NCBI GenBank assembly: GCA_040954595.2
Contig: CM082578.2
Coordinates: forward strand, 9,223,519-9,287,518
Length of the DNA stretch: 64,000 nt
From: Balanoglossus misakiensis
Lineage: Eukaryota > Animalia > Hemichordata
Direction: 5' to 3'
The position numbers and the translations under genes are program-made. Below the pieces are notes generated by a model, which worked only from the letters and a program-made list of their open reading frames with translations, ran no database searches and had not been told where the DNA came from. Below are positions 13,049 to 32,946 of the stretch, piece after piece. The first letter of the stretch is position 1, and every line of letters starts with the position of its first letter.

Positions 13049-14222
13049 GTTACATTATCAACTGAAAATAAAACATTTCTACATTGAATTCACGGTGGAA
13101 CTGTACTGCACGTTAGCCGCATGATATGTTCGAAGATACATGTCTCAATGAAGACAACAGGGAAATCCCCAAAACAAAAACATGTTATAAAGTAGAGTAT
13201 TTCGACCTCTGATGGGGCATCTTTACTCAAAATATGACGCTGGGTGCGTTTCTAAGTGCGTTTCTGAGTATACAACAATTCTGGGTTGTTCCCCATGTGC
13301 ATGTGCCAACTCGTTCGCATCCCATACTCCCATTCGAATAATACAAAACAAATGACAAATATCCATCCAAAATAAGACTCGAATCTGCTAACTGTAAACG
13401 TGTCCAAACCGATGGATTTTAGGTGTCATTTTGCAATTGATGCAGCACGAATCCTTACATGAGTTATCCCAAGACAATTGCATTGTACTTTGTTGATAGC
13501 CGTGGCTCTGTCAGTGATGTATTAACCATTATGCATAAGCGTTACCTCATATCGCAAAGATATGCGAATACATGACCGATGTGCCTAATTCACAACGGGC
13601 AAACAAGTTAAACACATTCACGACGCCTCGCATCTGACTGAATGATGTCATATTTTCAAAACAGAAAGTACTGCAGAGTGGTGTACGTGTGCAGCACGAC
13701 GTCTCAGCCGGGCTGATAGTTTCATCCGTCTCCTCGAGGGACGCCGCAGCATGGAATTATGTGTTTGAAGTGACTTGTTCAAGGTGCATTATGGATGTGA
13801 AGAGGCTATAGACGGATCGAAATCAGGTGTCAACCGACGTCTGAAGGAGGCAGATTTTCATTTTTACACGTCCACACTTTCCCCCGCAGGGTGTTTGGTG
13901 CACCGAGCAGGAATTATGCATTTGTTCTCAGAAAAAGGAGAATGACACCGTGACGTCTTGAGCGGACAGCGTTCTAGTATGCTAATCTTCAATATAAAAG
14001 ATGTTTCATAGTTTACCGTTTGTTCCATATGTCAGTGGTATTTTCATAAAACGGTTTTTAGATGTGTAGTATACTTCTGGATTAACTAGAACAGATCTTG
14101 GAAATTTACGAATAAGGAGACATTGGCCACAAAATAATTTAAGATTCTTAGAAGAGGATTCTTTTTCACAGATATACGAGAAATGCATGTGCAGTTGTAT
14201 CCGCCTCGAAAATCATCAAACT

Positions 14223-14362
14223 GCATCTCTTATATTGCTCAAGGCAAGGTTAGAGCATTCTCTCTTAAAATTTATAAAATTTGGTGCCACCGTCTGTGCA
14301 AATTTTTGAAATTGAATGAGAGAGCGAAATTTTCTCTAATTTGAAATTCAAAATGGCCGCCA
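14223..14362 (+). repeat. Interspersed repeat (non-autonomous DNA-transposon-like), inverted copy at ~63596-63730
   Basis: CATCTC..ATATT.GCTCAAGGCAA..TTAGA..ATGAGAGAG..AAATTT..ATTCAAAATGGCCGCC matches the reverse complement of 63596-63730. Confidence 0.7.
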
Positions 14363-15956
14363 GGCAACTGCCTTCCCTTTGTAAAAAAAGTATTCAAATT
14401 GAGTTATAGTAATGCACAGCAGAAGATGCAATAGTCGAGTGAGTTTTAATGTAAGTACGATTGATAAAACTCGTGGAGTCAAAATAAAGTCAGGCAATGC
14501 GAATGAACGTGTTGTGAATTTCGAGGTATTATGGCTGTCAAACTAGTTTTATAAGCCACACAGATCTATATTTTCCCCGTATTCTAATGAATTCTGCTTT
14601 ACAAACACTAGGCCTACACCCTAAGAAGTCGACGGCTTTGAGTAGAATTTAGGTACGTTTGATTTGATAATGTTATTCTACGTGAAAAGTGATGTTGCTT
14701 TAAACTTACGGAGAATACTATCTTCCGCTGCAATTTCCCTCGACGTTTTCCTCACCAATAAGTCCAGTGGGGACTATGCCATCCACAATGACTTGGTATT
14801 TTTTTCAAAATTCGTGGGGATGTTTAGCCTAGTTGCTTGTCTGAATTATTTGTGGAACTGTGGGATTTGTTGGTTAATGTGCCGAAATGATACGTTGCTT
14901 TTACCAGAGGCTGTCCGGTGAAAACATGAATAAAATAGAAGGAAGTGGTGTATTTTATTACTTGCTTGGAATCGCCAATAGCCGCAACAAATTACATGCA
15001 AGGCTTGGCGGTAGGAAAAGTTCTACTGGGGGATATGGGGGGGGGGGTAAAGTCTCCCTCTGATACACCATGCAATATTTGGTTTGGGGGTTAATCCTCC
15101 GCGAATGATAATCGCATGGAAAAGCTAGTCAGCTGACTATACATCTGGCTATATCTATATCAAATCCTATTTTCTTGTTTTAACTTTTCCCACGCAGTAT
15201 CATTCACAGCAGACAAATCGCTCACATTTTCACCCATTACCGTGACGGATAATTGAGATGTTGACGTCACAGTATAAAACTATTGATGTGTGCACTGCGT
15301 CTGTGTCGTGAATGATTTGACACCGTCGGCTGGTGTCTGATATCGAGGGAGTGGCCACAAGAGGGCGATGCAGTCAGTGCGTAACTGAGTATCGAGTCCT
15401 CAGAGCTGGCCTACAACTTAAAAAAAATCTGAAGAAGGCCAAAGCAGTTGAAAATTGAATTCAAGTCCGGACTTGAATTCATCTGCCAACAATAACAATG
15501 ACAGTTACTCGTGTGCAGGTGTCTCAACTTAGTTGTTGAGAAGTTATAGATTGAGAGTAGAACAAACTGGAGATGATACATGGGAGATAAATGCAGAAAA
15601 AATAGCCACACGTTAGAATTACTATGTTTTCTAAGAAACTCCATCAAAAATTTAAATCAAAGTTTGGTATTTCGTATATTTTGTATCACGTGTTTGTGTT
15701 TCATTACAACATGTGTCATTTATTTATTTATACTTTATGTGGTATCGTGTTATCTGATAGGGATAATAGAGTTTCGTTATCGTCAATATTTTATTTTTCT
15801 TGACGTAATTTACTTGCAGTTTTTCGATATCTCATCTACTTGCAGTTTTTTGATATCTCATCCAATTTTCCTTCGTATAAAAAAGACAGTTTTGTGAAAT
15901 TTTAACAACTAAAGGGCGCTCTTGAAAATTTAGTGAGAGAGCTGGGGGTTCTTTAT

Positions 15957-15992
15957 TGCGCATGCGCATTTTGGAACTTGCATATGGCGGCG
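15957..15992 (+). promoter_or_regulatory. ZMYND10 core promoter motifs: NRF1-type palindrome and YY1-like site
   Basis: Perfect TGCGCATGCGCA at 15957-15968 and ATATGGCGGC at ~15982-15991, 45-80 nt upstream of the ATG. Confidence 0.55.
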
Positions 15993-16036
15993 TCCATGAA
16001 ATATTTTAGTGACAATTTATTTACCCTGTTCGAGTC

Positions 16037-20939
<4,903 letters not shown>

Positions 20940-23900
20940 AACTTACCCTCATCTCAATATAGTAATCATTGTACATTGTAGCTGTACTCACACATGCAAC
21001 ATGCTCTCTCTCCCCCCCCCCCCATGACTTCAGGGATTTGACACCACTGTGACATTGTATACATGTAAGACTGGTTGCTGTGTTTTATTATCAGCACCAT
21101 CTATACCATGGTACCAGTACATTTACACAAAGTAACTTTGTGCATGGCAAACATATCACTGCGAAATCTGCATAGCAAGACAGAACATAATCGAGAAAGT
21201 CGTTCCTGATTTTACAGGAAATCCTCCCTTTAATCCCACAAAATAGTGTCACATAATTACCATAAAAAGATATGCACAAGAAATTACATCAGAAACTTGA
21301 GCCAAGTCTATCATACTGCTGCTCAGCATGCAATCCAGTGGTTTGTCTGACTCTGGAGAGGTGCACTGGGATAACATCCTTTTGCATGTAATGGGTATAC
21401 TAGTAAAGTCTTTGTAAGTTATAACATTATTTTTAATATCCCCCATTGTAGGGGGAGGGGGTCACAATCCTCTATTACTGTGTCATCCTGAATGAAATAC
21501 TGGGTCTTTTTGCGTTTTGAGTGTTATAAAATCAATAATATACATGTATATTGAAATTATTTTTTAGGGTGTACAAAAAACGAATTTTACACAATTTTCT
21601 TACCATTCCAGAAGTAAAGCCCGTCCATTTGATCCTAATTTTTTTTTGGTAACTGTACACTTGGTATTGTACATACAGTTTTTATTATTGTAATAATCAA
21701 ACCACGTTCATCAAACATATCTTTTTTCTGTGTCACCCACTCACAAATGTCACGTATTAGTTAAGTTTAGTTTGCTCACTATTACATCTCTCAGTACATT
21801 CACACACTCTACATACTACCTAATGGTACACACAAGGCATGCAACTATTTAACCGTGCAACATGCCGCCCACCAAAAAAATGTCCCCGACATAGTCATGG
21901 AAAGTGTCCTGTTTTCATGCAATCAGGTTTCATAGACTAAAGTCGTTCCAGTTCCAGTTAATGTGTGTCGTATACATTGTAGGTAATACGCTCTGAAAAT
22001 CGACCATTTCTTCTTGTGAATTTGTCCAATTTCGCCGGGACTTGGCAAATGGTCAGTGAGAGTCTCGGTAACTCTGCAAGTACTTGTATGCATCTATGAA
22101 GTAAATACCCTTCACATCATGGCTGGCCAAAAGAGTTAGGACGAAAAGTGGCCGGAGAGTTCAACTTTAATTCACACAGAAAGTGGCTCTCTTTATCCGC
22201 CATCTCCACACCGACAAAAATCCGTGTTGGATCAAAGGTTCTTTGAAGGAAGCTCGAACAAACCTTGTTGTTGTTGTTGTTGTTGTCCCATGCTGATGTC
22301 ACCAAGGAACGACCCACCCGTTTCCAGCCCTCTAGGCGGATTTCTTAGTAGTTTGGTACGTATACGGGGTCTGGCAACAGATACCGACCGCGGCTCCTTC
22401 TGTGAGGTATACGTTGTCAACGGGCTCGGACGTGTTCACGTACTCCATCACGACGACACACAGTAACGCGATGGCAGTCATGCCAGCCACCACGCTTGCA
22501 CAGATCATCTCGGTGGTTTTATAAAAAAAAAAAAGCGGGGTTATCTGATATCGCACTATGTCTGTCCGCTCCGGTCTATTCCAGCAAGAAATACCTTCAT
22601 GTGTACACAGATCTTCAAAGATGTGACTTGACTCGGCACAGCCAACTTTCACCGACCTCCAGTTGTACTGCCAGGAGCTAAACTGATGGGTAACAGTCAC
22701 CTCCGAGCATTTAATAGAAACAGCCCAGCGTTTCGTCACCGAACATGGAAGGTTTAATATGATTTCACGGACTTTAAGAAATTGAAGGGTACCAGTAAAA
22801 AACGGACGTATGTTTGTTTGTCCGTTTCGGCCGCAAATGACGACACAATCAAGCGAATAGTTAATGCGTCTTCACGGGACGTGTGAAAACAAAATGAAAT
22901 TTTGGGGATTAGCTATAGCACACACTCAAAGAACAATATTAAACCAAGATCGATAGTATGTTATAAAAGGGGGTCACAAACAGAAAAAGAGAATCGACAC
23001 GCAAACATTTGTACAAAATTGTTTCATTTGTTCCTAGGACGACGTCTGACTTTGTTCAGACACATTTTGTGGCTTTTTAAAATATGTCCCGTCCACTCTA
23101 TTTCACATATCCAGGGACTCTGCGCTGCTTCGCCCCGTGCTTCGCATACACATCAGCGAAGCAATATGAACATACGCCACTTAAAAATTGACAACAAATT
23201 AATATCGAGCCGACGTTGTTGAAGGCAGTTTAGACAGCGGCCTGAAGACAGAGACCATTCTTGCAAATCAACACCACGTCATTCGGAAACATAATTCTTA
23301 TAAATGGTGAATAAAACATATCTGCCGTAGGAATCTTACAGTAACGCTCCCCTGCATCCTGTCCACTTGGGCATCCGATTACGCGAATGAAACTTCTTTT
23401 TTCCGGCATTTCTTAATTGTCATCCGCGGCTCACTAGACTGAGGTCATCAGATTCCACTGTCATTAAAGAATACTTTTCACAAACTTGGAGAGCTCGCTT
23501 ATATATAATAAGTTCAGTTTCAACATGCTCTATAGGGTATTATTAACATGTACAGTCTTTTTTTCAAATACATATTAATTGGTTTAATATTGTTCGTGCG
23601 CCTATTTATTAGCTCCGGTGCGACAATACACATATATAGTGTTTAATCTAAGGGAAGGCGCAGAAATATTACCGAGAAAAAAAACCTCACAATATCTGAA
23701 CTTTACATGTGCAACGTATGGCTGCATTACACGTTTTAATTGGATAATAGGCAAAACATCAAGATAACCAGGTACCTGTAAGAGTAACGTGAAATTTCCA
23801 CTTTACTGATTCTATAATATTCCAGTGGACCCCCTCCCCGTCCATGTTTAATGAATGCCCATTGAGTTCGTTTTATAGCTGCAGCTGGCAATGGAAACAA

Positions 23901-26900
23901 GAAATGCCGGTGGATTTATGTCGCGTAAACGTACGCATGCGCGGTGTCCAGTTACGCCGCGGCGACCAAACTCAAAATAACATTTCTAAATCGACATTTC
24001 GTGGTTCTCACTGTAGCTCACGCGAACTCATTAGATCACACCGCGTAGCGCTTTTAACGAACTTGAGTAGGTCACTGAAATAAAAAATCTCAGTTTTAAC
24101 AAGCACAATAGCACCATTAACAGGCCTGTCATAAATATGAAAACTTTACTTTTTGCAGACATGCTTTGACCGATTCCATTCCACCATGATCCCCCCCCCC
24201 CCGATTCTTTCTTCATCGATTTATCGAGAGAGTACTGTGCCATTTACACATAATAGGCAATCAGTTCTGATGTGACAATACTTTCTAATGATGTGTACTC
24301 TTCTATTTATATCACATGCAACCTTCAGTGTGAACTCGTCATGCTGTGTTTCGCATTAGAGGGCGCCATTAAATGACATTCGATAAAGTGGGGACGTGAC
24401 CACAGGTCGCGCCGAGCGTTCAGAATACCTAGGCCTGTGGACGTGACAACATGCTGTACACCCCCCCCCCTACATTTTCGCGTAGTGCTAAATCCAGAGT
24501 AATAACTTATCTACACGGAAATGCATACAGTCAGTATCCTTGCCTTCATTATTTCTATCAATCTGATGAGGACACAATGAAACAATTCACCCAAGCCTCA
24601 ATAACCGCAAACGATGCGCTTTGTGGAAGATAGTATTGCACCCAACATCCCAGCCGGAGCACGTCCCATGCCCTAGCTGGAGTACAGTGGTGGTCTCAGG
24701 TACCGGCCACAACGTGCGTTCTTCATTACTCACAACAAGAAAACGTTTCTGTCTGTGTGTGATTTACATGAAAGATTCGGCCGCTAGTGGGCGCTCAAGG
24801 CCTTAGGTAGTGTTGCGAGCGCCCGCGCTGGACTGCCAGTGTACCTACCCCAGTCGTAAGGCAGCGTTAACAAACACATCTGGAGGGGGAGAATGTATTA
24901 GAAAATGTGACGTCAGGGAGTTTGCAGATTGGCTATAGTGAAATCGAAACATGGAAGTACCAGTCGCTTGTGCTCTACGTACAGAAGGCGCCACTGAAGG
25001 TCACTTTCAATTTTCCGGAATTGGAAGAGTTTAACGTAATAAACAGTGAGCACATTTAACCTTGGTGTTATCTGACAAATCGAGCATATCTGTCCAAAAA
25101 GAATCAGGCCTGGAGCGTGTTGACCATCTTGTTATCATGAAAATTCAGAGTGGTCCATTACAGAAAGATTGCTCAGTTATATGAAAACTGCCACATGTCG
25201 CCGAGCGAAATCTCTGGCTATTTCATCGTGGGAAAGGGCGTACTAGTATTACAAAAATGCATAGCGATACACAGAACGGAAATTCTTCACAATTATCGGT
25301 ACATGTAATTGTATTAACCATAGACAGTAGAGCCTATGTGTTAACTGGAGAGAATATGACAACTTCTTGACTATAATTAGCATTTTATCGGCTTGTCATT
25401 TTGACACGTTTTTCTGTCTTCTTATTGTAGGCTAACTCAGAAACGGGTGATTGAAAGGTCTACAAGTTTTCACACAATCATACCAAACACATGCTAAAAA
25501 CTGGTATGACTTGTTTACTTTCTTGGAAATATAATCGGCGTTTGTGAAAATGAAAAAAACAAAACTGTAGAGACACTGTTTTTCTGACAGTAGGCTTATA
25601 CTTACGTTCAGATAAAACTACCATCGCTTACGCGGGCGGGGGCAGCAGTTACATTTTTCCAATTTATAATATTTATCTAAATCAGTGCTTTTAAAACGCA
25701 CAATCGATAAACAAAAAGCTTCCGGCATACACATTTGGTGACTCGGGAATAAAATTATCAGAAATAGCTTCCCAGTGATATGTAGGCCTGATAGATGTAA
25801 AATAATACCGTGACCTAGAAATATGTGACTAAAATAGGTTGTCAGGAACGTCACAAGCCATCTTAATTAGAGCTACCGCCACTCAATCCAATCAGGCTTC
25901 GAATACCCCCTCCTTGGGTAACCCCTGAACTGTCTGACCGATCTTTCAAAGCAGGCACACTCTCAGTGTTATGACAACGAGAGAGGTCGAACTACTATAC
26001 CGAAGGGTCAGGCAGTCAATAATCACATGGTACACATTCACACAGTAGACGCCCTGTACATTATAAGTGGCCGGTGTGTCGGTACAATTCGCTGCCGTTG
26101 AAAGACACTGAACGTCACTTGAGAATCCCGTGTTCACCAAACTCTTGCGTGTCAACTATGTCAGCGGTGGGCATCTGGTCGTTCACCTCAACGAGGGAAT
26201 TATTGTTGCGGAGACCACGAAGGCGTATGTGCCTCGCTCGTCGCACATAACGATAGCTCTGACGAGGCACGCACAATTCTGTGGAGTCCGACGATATTAT
26301 TCGTGCACTTACTGGCAGTTTGCAGTGTCTCGGTATTTGTTGCAGGCCTTGTGAAATTCTAGAACAATCGACTTTTCAGATATATTGGCAGATTATTATT
26401 TCTGCCTACCAAGCTTCCAAGTATCTCGTACAGAATGGGCGTGGCGGTGTTCAAGGTATGCTTCTCTTCTATCAAATATATCTGCTGATAAATCTGAGAA
26501 TTGCGGCGATAATTACTTTTTTCATGTCTTTTATTTGGGAGAATCCACCATCCTTGGATGCCAAGATCGTAGTTTACTAACCGGGGGTCGCCAGAGGTAA
26601 CGTGTTCACTCATCTGCGATGATGCATAAAACTTGTGAGATTCTTTGTCTTGTGAAGTGTAATCATGAATAGAATGGTCGAGACTCCACAGCGGCGCACA
26701 TTCTAACAATTAATTTACACTATGATCGATGTGCACTCACACAAACTTTGAGGTTAGGGTCAGACATATTCTCAGACAACTGCATAAAAATTGGCCAGAG
26801 CCCCAAATAACCCGACATGGTATTTGTTCAATAAAAATAAATATAGCGGAGAACAAAAGAGAGTTCACGATCCACGCCCACACGAAATATCAAGTTGGGG

Positions 26901-28794
26901 CGAAAGTCAGGGATTGAGAAAAAAAACGCCTTTAAAAGCCTATAGGGAAATAAGAAATTCACGTATTTCTCCTCTTCCCGCCAAGATTTACATTCTTATA
27001 ATAACCTATCGCCACGTCACACTTGGTATTCCACGTTGGTGCTCAGATGACCCGTCTGTCAACTTTAAGAGTCACGGCGTCGTTGAAGCGTGGATATCAC
27101 AAATGTCTGTGTGCACAAAGCATGAAAACCACAGACGGATTTCGAGACATGCCTGTTCGCTCAGTACTGGTATAACTGTGAGGAACGTATATGTTCCAGC
27201 AGGGTGTGTACATTTTATTCAGATTCAGCTGTGTGTGTATAGGTTTGAATCAGGAATGTTGGCATATGCATGCAGTATTATGACTGACGGTATCGATTAT
27301 CGTCAACACAGGCCTGAATCGCCATCACGTACAACACTCAGTCGTCTACAGCTGTTCTGAGTACTGTATATATTCATATCCTGTCCGCACAGCAATGGAT
27401 GCAGGCAGACCTAGACTCGACATACATGCAGTACGGCAGCCCATGAAGTTAGGCCAACATACAGGAGCCGCCTTCGATGACGCTGGCCTATATCAAAGGG
27501 GTCTCTCGGGACCTTACGCGGTCAGCCACAGGGGCGGGTTTTTGCAAAATGCAAACGCCAGCAGAATAAAATGAGACATGAGTTATCTATAGTAGGGCTC
27601 GAACCTCCCAGCAAAGGATTCGGCACACAGAATGACCGAGTCATGGGAAAGTATAAACTGATGCACGCTGTGATGCTCAATTTTTTAACTGGCTGATTGT
27701 TATATATAGCCTTCGACATTTTAATTTGACTGCCCTTTACTGTTGTTGAACAGGAAAGGGCAAAAGGTGGGGTGACTTGATTTTAACCGGCGGAACTTAA
27801 TACACCAGTAGAGTATCCGGTATCGGAAAGTATAGAAAGCATGGACTAAGAAACGCCGAATTCATAAACGTTTCATCGCTCGCGTATATCGCCTGCTTGG
27901 AAGGTGGGGTGTATGCGCACTGGGTGTATTGCGTGAAATATTGGCGGTAGCGAGAAATGACATGTAACGGTTTTGCTTGGAGCAAGCCCCCACTGTATTA
28001 AAATAAGGTGTTTGGTGGAAAATAGCGAATAATGCCATAATGGTCGTGGACGTTGTTACAGAAGAAGGCCTCAGTCTCTAACTACCAAGTTCGACAAGAT
28101 GAATAGGGCTGAATTAACACACTGAAAAATAAAAAAATACGAGATGAACTTCGAATACGCGAAGATGGCAAAATCAAGTTAATAAATGCGAGTACATGTA
28201 CATTGGGAACTTGTCCATAGACGCTATAGGAGTTTTGCTTTCTTAAGTGTGACTCTTCAAAACTTTCAAGTTGGAAGGTCGATTGCGGGTTTGTGCAGAT
28301 TTGAACAGAAAGAAATTCGAGTTGATAACGGGTTCTTGGATTTGGCTTGACAGAGGCCTTGCCTGCAGGAAGTCGTTCCGATTTCAAAAGTCTGCGGTGG
28401 AATGAAAACAGCGGCATAGGTCAAATACACGTGGTAATCAATCTTTCTTCGACATCCGTTTTCAATAAAAGACGCGATGACACAGACTAAATTATTTTTA
28501 TACAGCAGATGTTGAAAAACGTGTGGAGACGGTACGGGGAGGGGGGGGGGGTCGTCGGTCGTGGAATTGGTAAACTACACCGACAACTTCCTCAGCCTAG
28601 ACATGTCGGTATTCTGAGTCCGTGTTTCATTGTTGTCAACTTTATTCAAAATATCTCTGCGTGGAGCAAACGTGACGCCGATTCCCTTATGCTCACACTT
28701 TCAACTCAACTCAGAGGGGACTTTCGAATAACGTAGTCGAGTCCCATAAAATGTGGGAATGTTGTTTGTCGTTATTGTTTTTTTTTACGAAAAC

Positions 28795-29084
<290 letters not shown>

Positions 29085-29187
29085 GGGCATCATATGCGTG
29101 TGCACTTTTGGTGACAGCGCGTTGACTACATCCTTGAATAGCCCTATTGTTGTCTTTTACAGTAGTGGAGAACGTGTGAAGCAAAGA

Positions 29188-30773
29188 ATGAAGACTTTAC
29201 AGAGATGGGTCGCGGCTTTTCTATTTGGACTCGCGATCTACATGTTGTCCTTATCAACGCATTACTCAAACAGTAGAGGTGAGTAACTACAACAATTCGA
29301 CTTGATGTGCATAATTTCATCGATGGCTTATTCACGCCGCGTCAAATCCCTATTCAACGAAATACACTTTCATGAAGCAAACAATTTTCCAAATGACTGT
29401 GACTGTGAATTCTACCTGATAAACCAGACTACTCTCTGAATGGCGCATGCGTGGGACATGAACATCGCATTTGTGAAGAGTGAATACCACAGTTTGCGAA
29501 CTATCTCACACCATATACGCTTTTGCAGGTACAACGGAAGAAGATAGAGATTTGGGGTTGCATTTAAAACCCACGACAAGTGCTTTAGGCGCAGCATTAT
29601 TGTCAGCACCGGTGTTTGGAAACACAGTGAGTAAAAGTCCCCCCCCCCCCTCCTACCCCCTCTTCCTCTCTCGCCGTTGTTACTCTGGTCATACGTAGTA
29701 GAAAATCAATAGTCGAGGCGGGCTCCACATATGTTATTCAATGCACAAGTAGTCTGTTTATAAATGCAATGTTATCTATAGAATAGTTTCTTGAAAATTT
29801 AAGAATTCTTAACACGATCTGATGGACGTATCGCTAAGTTTGAAATCTCTATGATATATATGACTCTTCACTATTTACACTTTCGCCTCAGAACCAGTCC
29901 GTTTCTGAAGACGAGCAGAGAAAAAGATTGTCTTTAGTGGAAAGACAGTGTCGAAAATACCGGGTTAAGACCTCGTTAGAAATGATGTCGAGCAGGACTT
30001 TGGATCACCTGATCGTGGATGACAAATACCGGCTTATTTATTGTTTTATACCAAAAATTGCCTGCACAAACTGGAAGAAACTCTTGGTATTCCTGAACGA
30101 TGACAGTCACAGATATCAGGGGGTTGATGACGTCATACCCGACGATGCGCACCACAGCGCCACCATACGGACACTGAGTGACTACTCCTTCAAGGAAATC
30201 CAGGCACGTCTGCGGACCTACCTGAAATTCATCTTTGTACGCGACCCCATGGAGAGGTTGGTGTCGGCCTACGTGAACAAGTTCACAAAACGGTACAACA
30301 GTAGCAGGGAGTTCCAGAGATTGTACGGCAGTCAAATCGTCCAACGTGTTCGGGAAAACCCGTCGGCCAGGTCCCTGCAGGAGGGGCATGACGTCACCTT
30401 CCAAGAGTTTATCCGATACGTTGTTGACCACAAAACTCTGGAAAACGGGCCATCGGCCCTGAACGAGCATTGGAGACAGTATTACCACCTGTGTTACCCC
30501 TGTCTCGTCAAGTACGACTTCATAGGACACTACGAAAACCTGATGGAAGATGCACAAAAACTTCTCACAATGGCTAGATTGGATCACCTCGTTAGTTTTC
30601 CTAAACCAATGCCAGGCCAGGGTAAAACCAAAAGTATTGTCGAAGATTACTACAGGAACTTGTCTTCCCAAGATGTGCATGCGTTATGGCGACTGTACAA
30701 CGTTGATTATGTCATGTTCGGCTATTCCTTTCCTGAACACTTTTACGAGAAAAAACGTAAAAGGGACAGTTAG
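29188..30773 (+). CDS. Carbohydrate sulfotransferase (Sulfotransfer_2, CHST11/HNK-1ST family-like), copy 1, ~356 aa
   Basis: Exons 29188-29278 (type II signal anchor), 29529-29626, 29892-30773; in frame. 5'-PSB motif YCFIPKIACTNWK, 3'-PB motif FVRDPMERLVSAY, NEHW and LCYPC..YDFIG motifs. Confidence 0.92.
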
Positions 30774-31514
30774 TCTTCAAATGACCAATTGTTTCAGTGT
30801 CATATTATCTTTTCTTTCTACATGTTCTAAGTTTGTCTGCGGGTACATTTGAGCTGGAAACGAAAAATATTCCGGTCAATGATCCGAAGAGAATTTCAGT
30901 TAAATATATATATGTATGTTGATGGGATCATCTGCATTTGTAACAACGTTCGGCGTTAGGGGGCGTCCTACGGGGAACCAATTTGGCCCTTGTGTGACAC
31001 CAAGCCTTCTCTTGTCACATGCGGGGTTCACTATGCTTACGGACAATATTAGAAAAAAGGCAGCTTGTGACTTACACATTCATAACTCTGTGTTAGGCGG
31101 CCTCCCCATACCAACCCATCGGAGTGTTCATGGGGGTATGTAACCAGGAAAGCAGGAATCAATACTATAACAACAAATGCAGCTAGTATAGTTCGAAATT
31201 AATTCTTTTGTGTGTTAATCGTTTAATACGCATATTTCGGTATGCAATTATCCCAAAACAGTGCCAACCGTGTTGACCAATGACTGGTATTGAATGGACA
31301 AGTTTGAACACGATAGATACTAAGCGCTTGTTGAGCATAAATGGCTGTCTCCATCAACTGACTACTCACTAATCTCCATTTGCTTTGTGACATGACAAGG
31401 TATCATTTTCACATACTGGTGTATGTGCGTGCGCTTCGGATAACAACACGTTGACTGCGTCCTGGAATAGCTCTTGTTTGTCGTTCATAGTGGTGGGATA
31501 CCTGCGAAAAAACA

Positions 31515-32946
31515 ATGACGATTTTGCAAAGATGGATTGCTGTGTTTCTGAGCGTACTCGCGATCTTCCTGTTGTTCTTGTCAAAGCATTACTTCAACAG
31601 CAGAGGTGGGTCATTTCCGTCCTATGAGAAAAAGACTAGTCTAGCTTCGGGTTCAAAGTAACGAATCTTTACATGCCACAAGAAATACACGGAATTATTA
31701 ATCAGTAATTTTGTAGAAATTAGCTGGTTGGGGCTGAACAATGGCGCATGGGTGAAATATGAATGTCGGATAGATTCTTTGCATAGAGTGAATGCCATGG
31801 TGTGCGATTAGGTTAACAGTAACTCGCATCTACGCCGCTTTGCAGGTACGACAGACGAAGACAGAGACTTGGGGTTACATTCCGCAAGTGCATTTTTGTC
31901 GTCTGAAAAACAGGTAGATTTTACACTACTTTTAATAACAATGTAACTTTTCATTCAGAACCAAGACTTTTCTAAGCATGATCTGATAGAAACATATATG
32001 GTTATTTGATAAGTTTGGAAACCTCGAGGCTTCCGCGATGACATATGGCTTTTCCATATTTTCACTTTCGCCCCAGAAGCAGTCCGTTGCTGATGACGAG
32101 CAGAGAATGAGAGTGTCTCTTGTGGAACGCCAGTGTCGAAAATACCGGGTAGAGACCTCGTTAAACACAACATCGAACAGGTCTTTAAAACACTTGATCG
32201 TGGACGACAAACACCGGTTAATGTATTGCTATATACCAAAAATTGCCTGCACAAACTGGAAGAAGCTATTGGTATTCCTGAACGACGAAAACCACAGGTA
32301 TCAGAGAGTTGAAGACATACTGCCATACGATGCGCACCACAGCGCAACCAGGCGGACTTTGGAGGATTATTCTTTCGAGGAAATCCAGACACGACTGCAG
32401 ACCTATCTGAAATTTGTCTTTGTCCGCGAACCCATGGAAAGATTGATCTCGGCCTACGCCAATAAGTTCACAAGGCGGAATTACAGCGGTAGGAAATTCC
32501 AGAAATTGTACGGTAGACAGATTATCAAACGTTTTCGGGAAAACCCGTCGGCCAGGTCCCTGCAAGAGGGGCATGACGTCACATTCCAAGAGTTTATCCG
32601 ATACGTTGTAGACCACAAAACTCTGGAAAACGGGCCATCGGCCCTGAACGAGCATTGGAGACAGTATTACCACCTGTGTTACCCCTGTCTCGTCAAGTAC
32701 GACTTCATAGGACACTACGAAAAGCTGATGGAAGATGCACAAAAACTTCTCAGAATGGCTAGACTGGATCACCTCGTCAGTTTTCCTAAACCCTTGCCAG
32801 GCCAGGGTAAAACCAAAAGTATTGTCGAAGATTACTACAGGAACTTGTCGTCCCAAGACGTGCATGCGTTGTGGCGACTGTACAACGTTGATTATGTCAT
32901 GTTCGGTTATTCTTTTCCTAAACATCTTTACGAGAAAAAACGTTAA
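31515..32946 (+). CDS. Carbohydrate sulfotransferase (CHST11-like), tandem copy 2, ~342 aa
   Basis: Exons 31515-31605, 31846-31913, 32077-32946; same intron positions and phases as copy 1; YCYIPKIACTNWK and FVREPMERLISAY motifs intact. Confidence 0.92.

Noticed and set aside
26240-26460. Hydrophobic exon-like stretch (LAVCSVSVFVAGLVKF*..RLLFLPT) ending at a GT donor
   Set aside because: Contains a stop, no partner exons found and no convincing family match.
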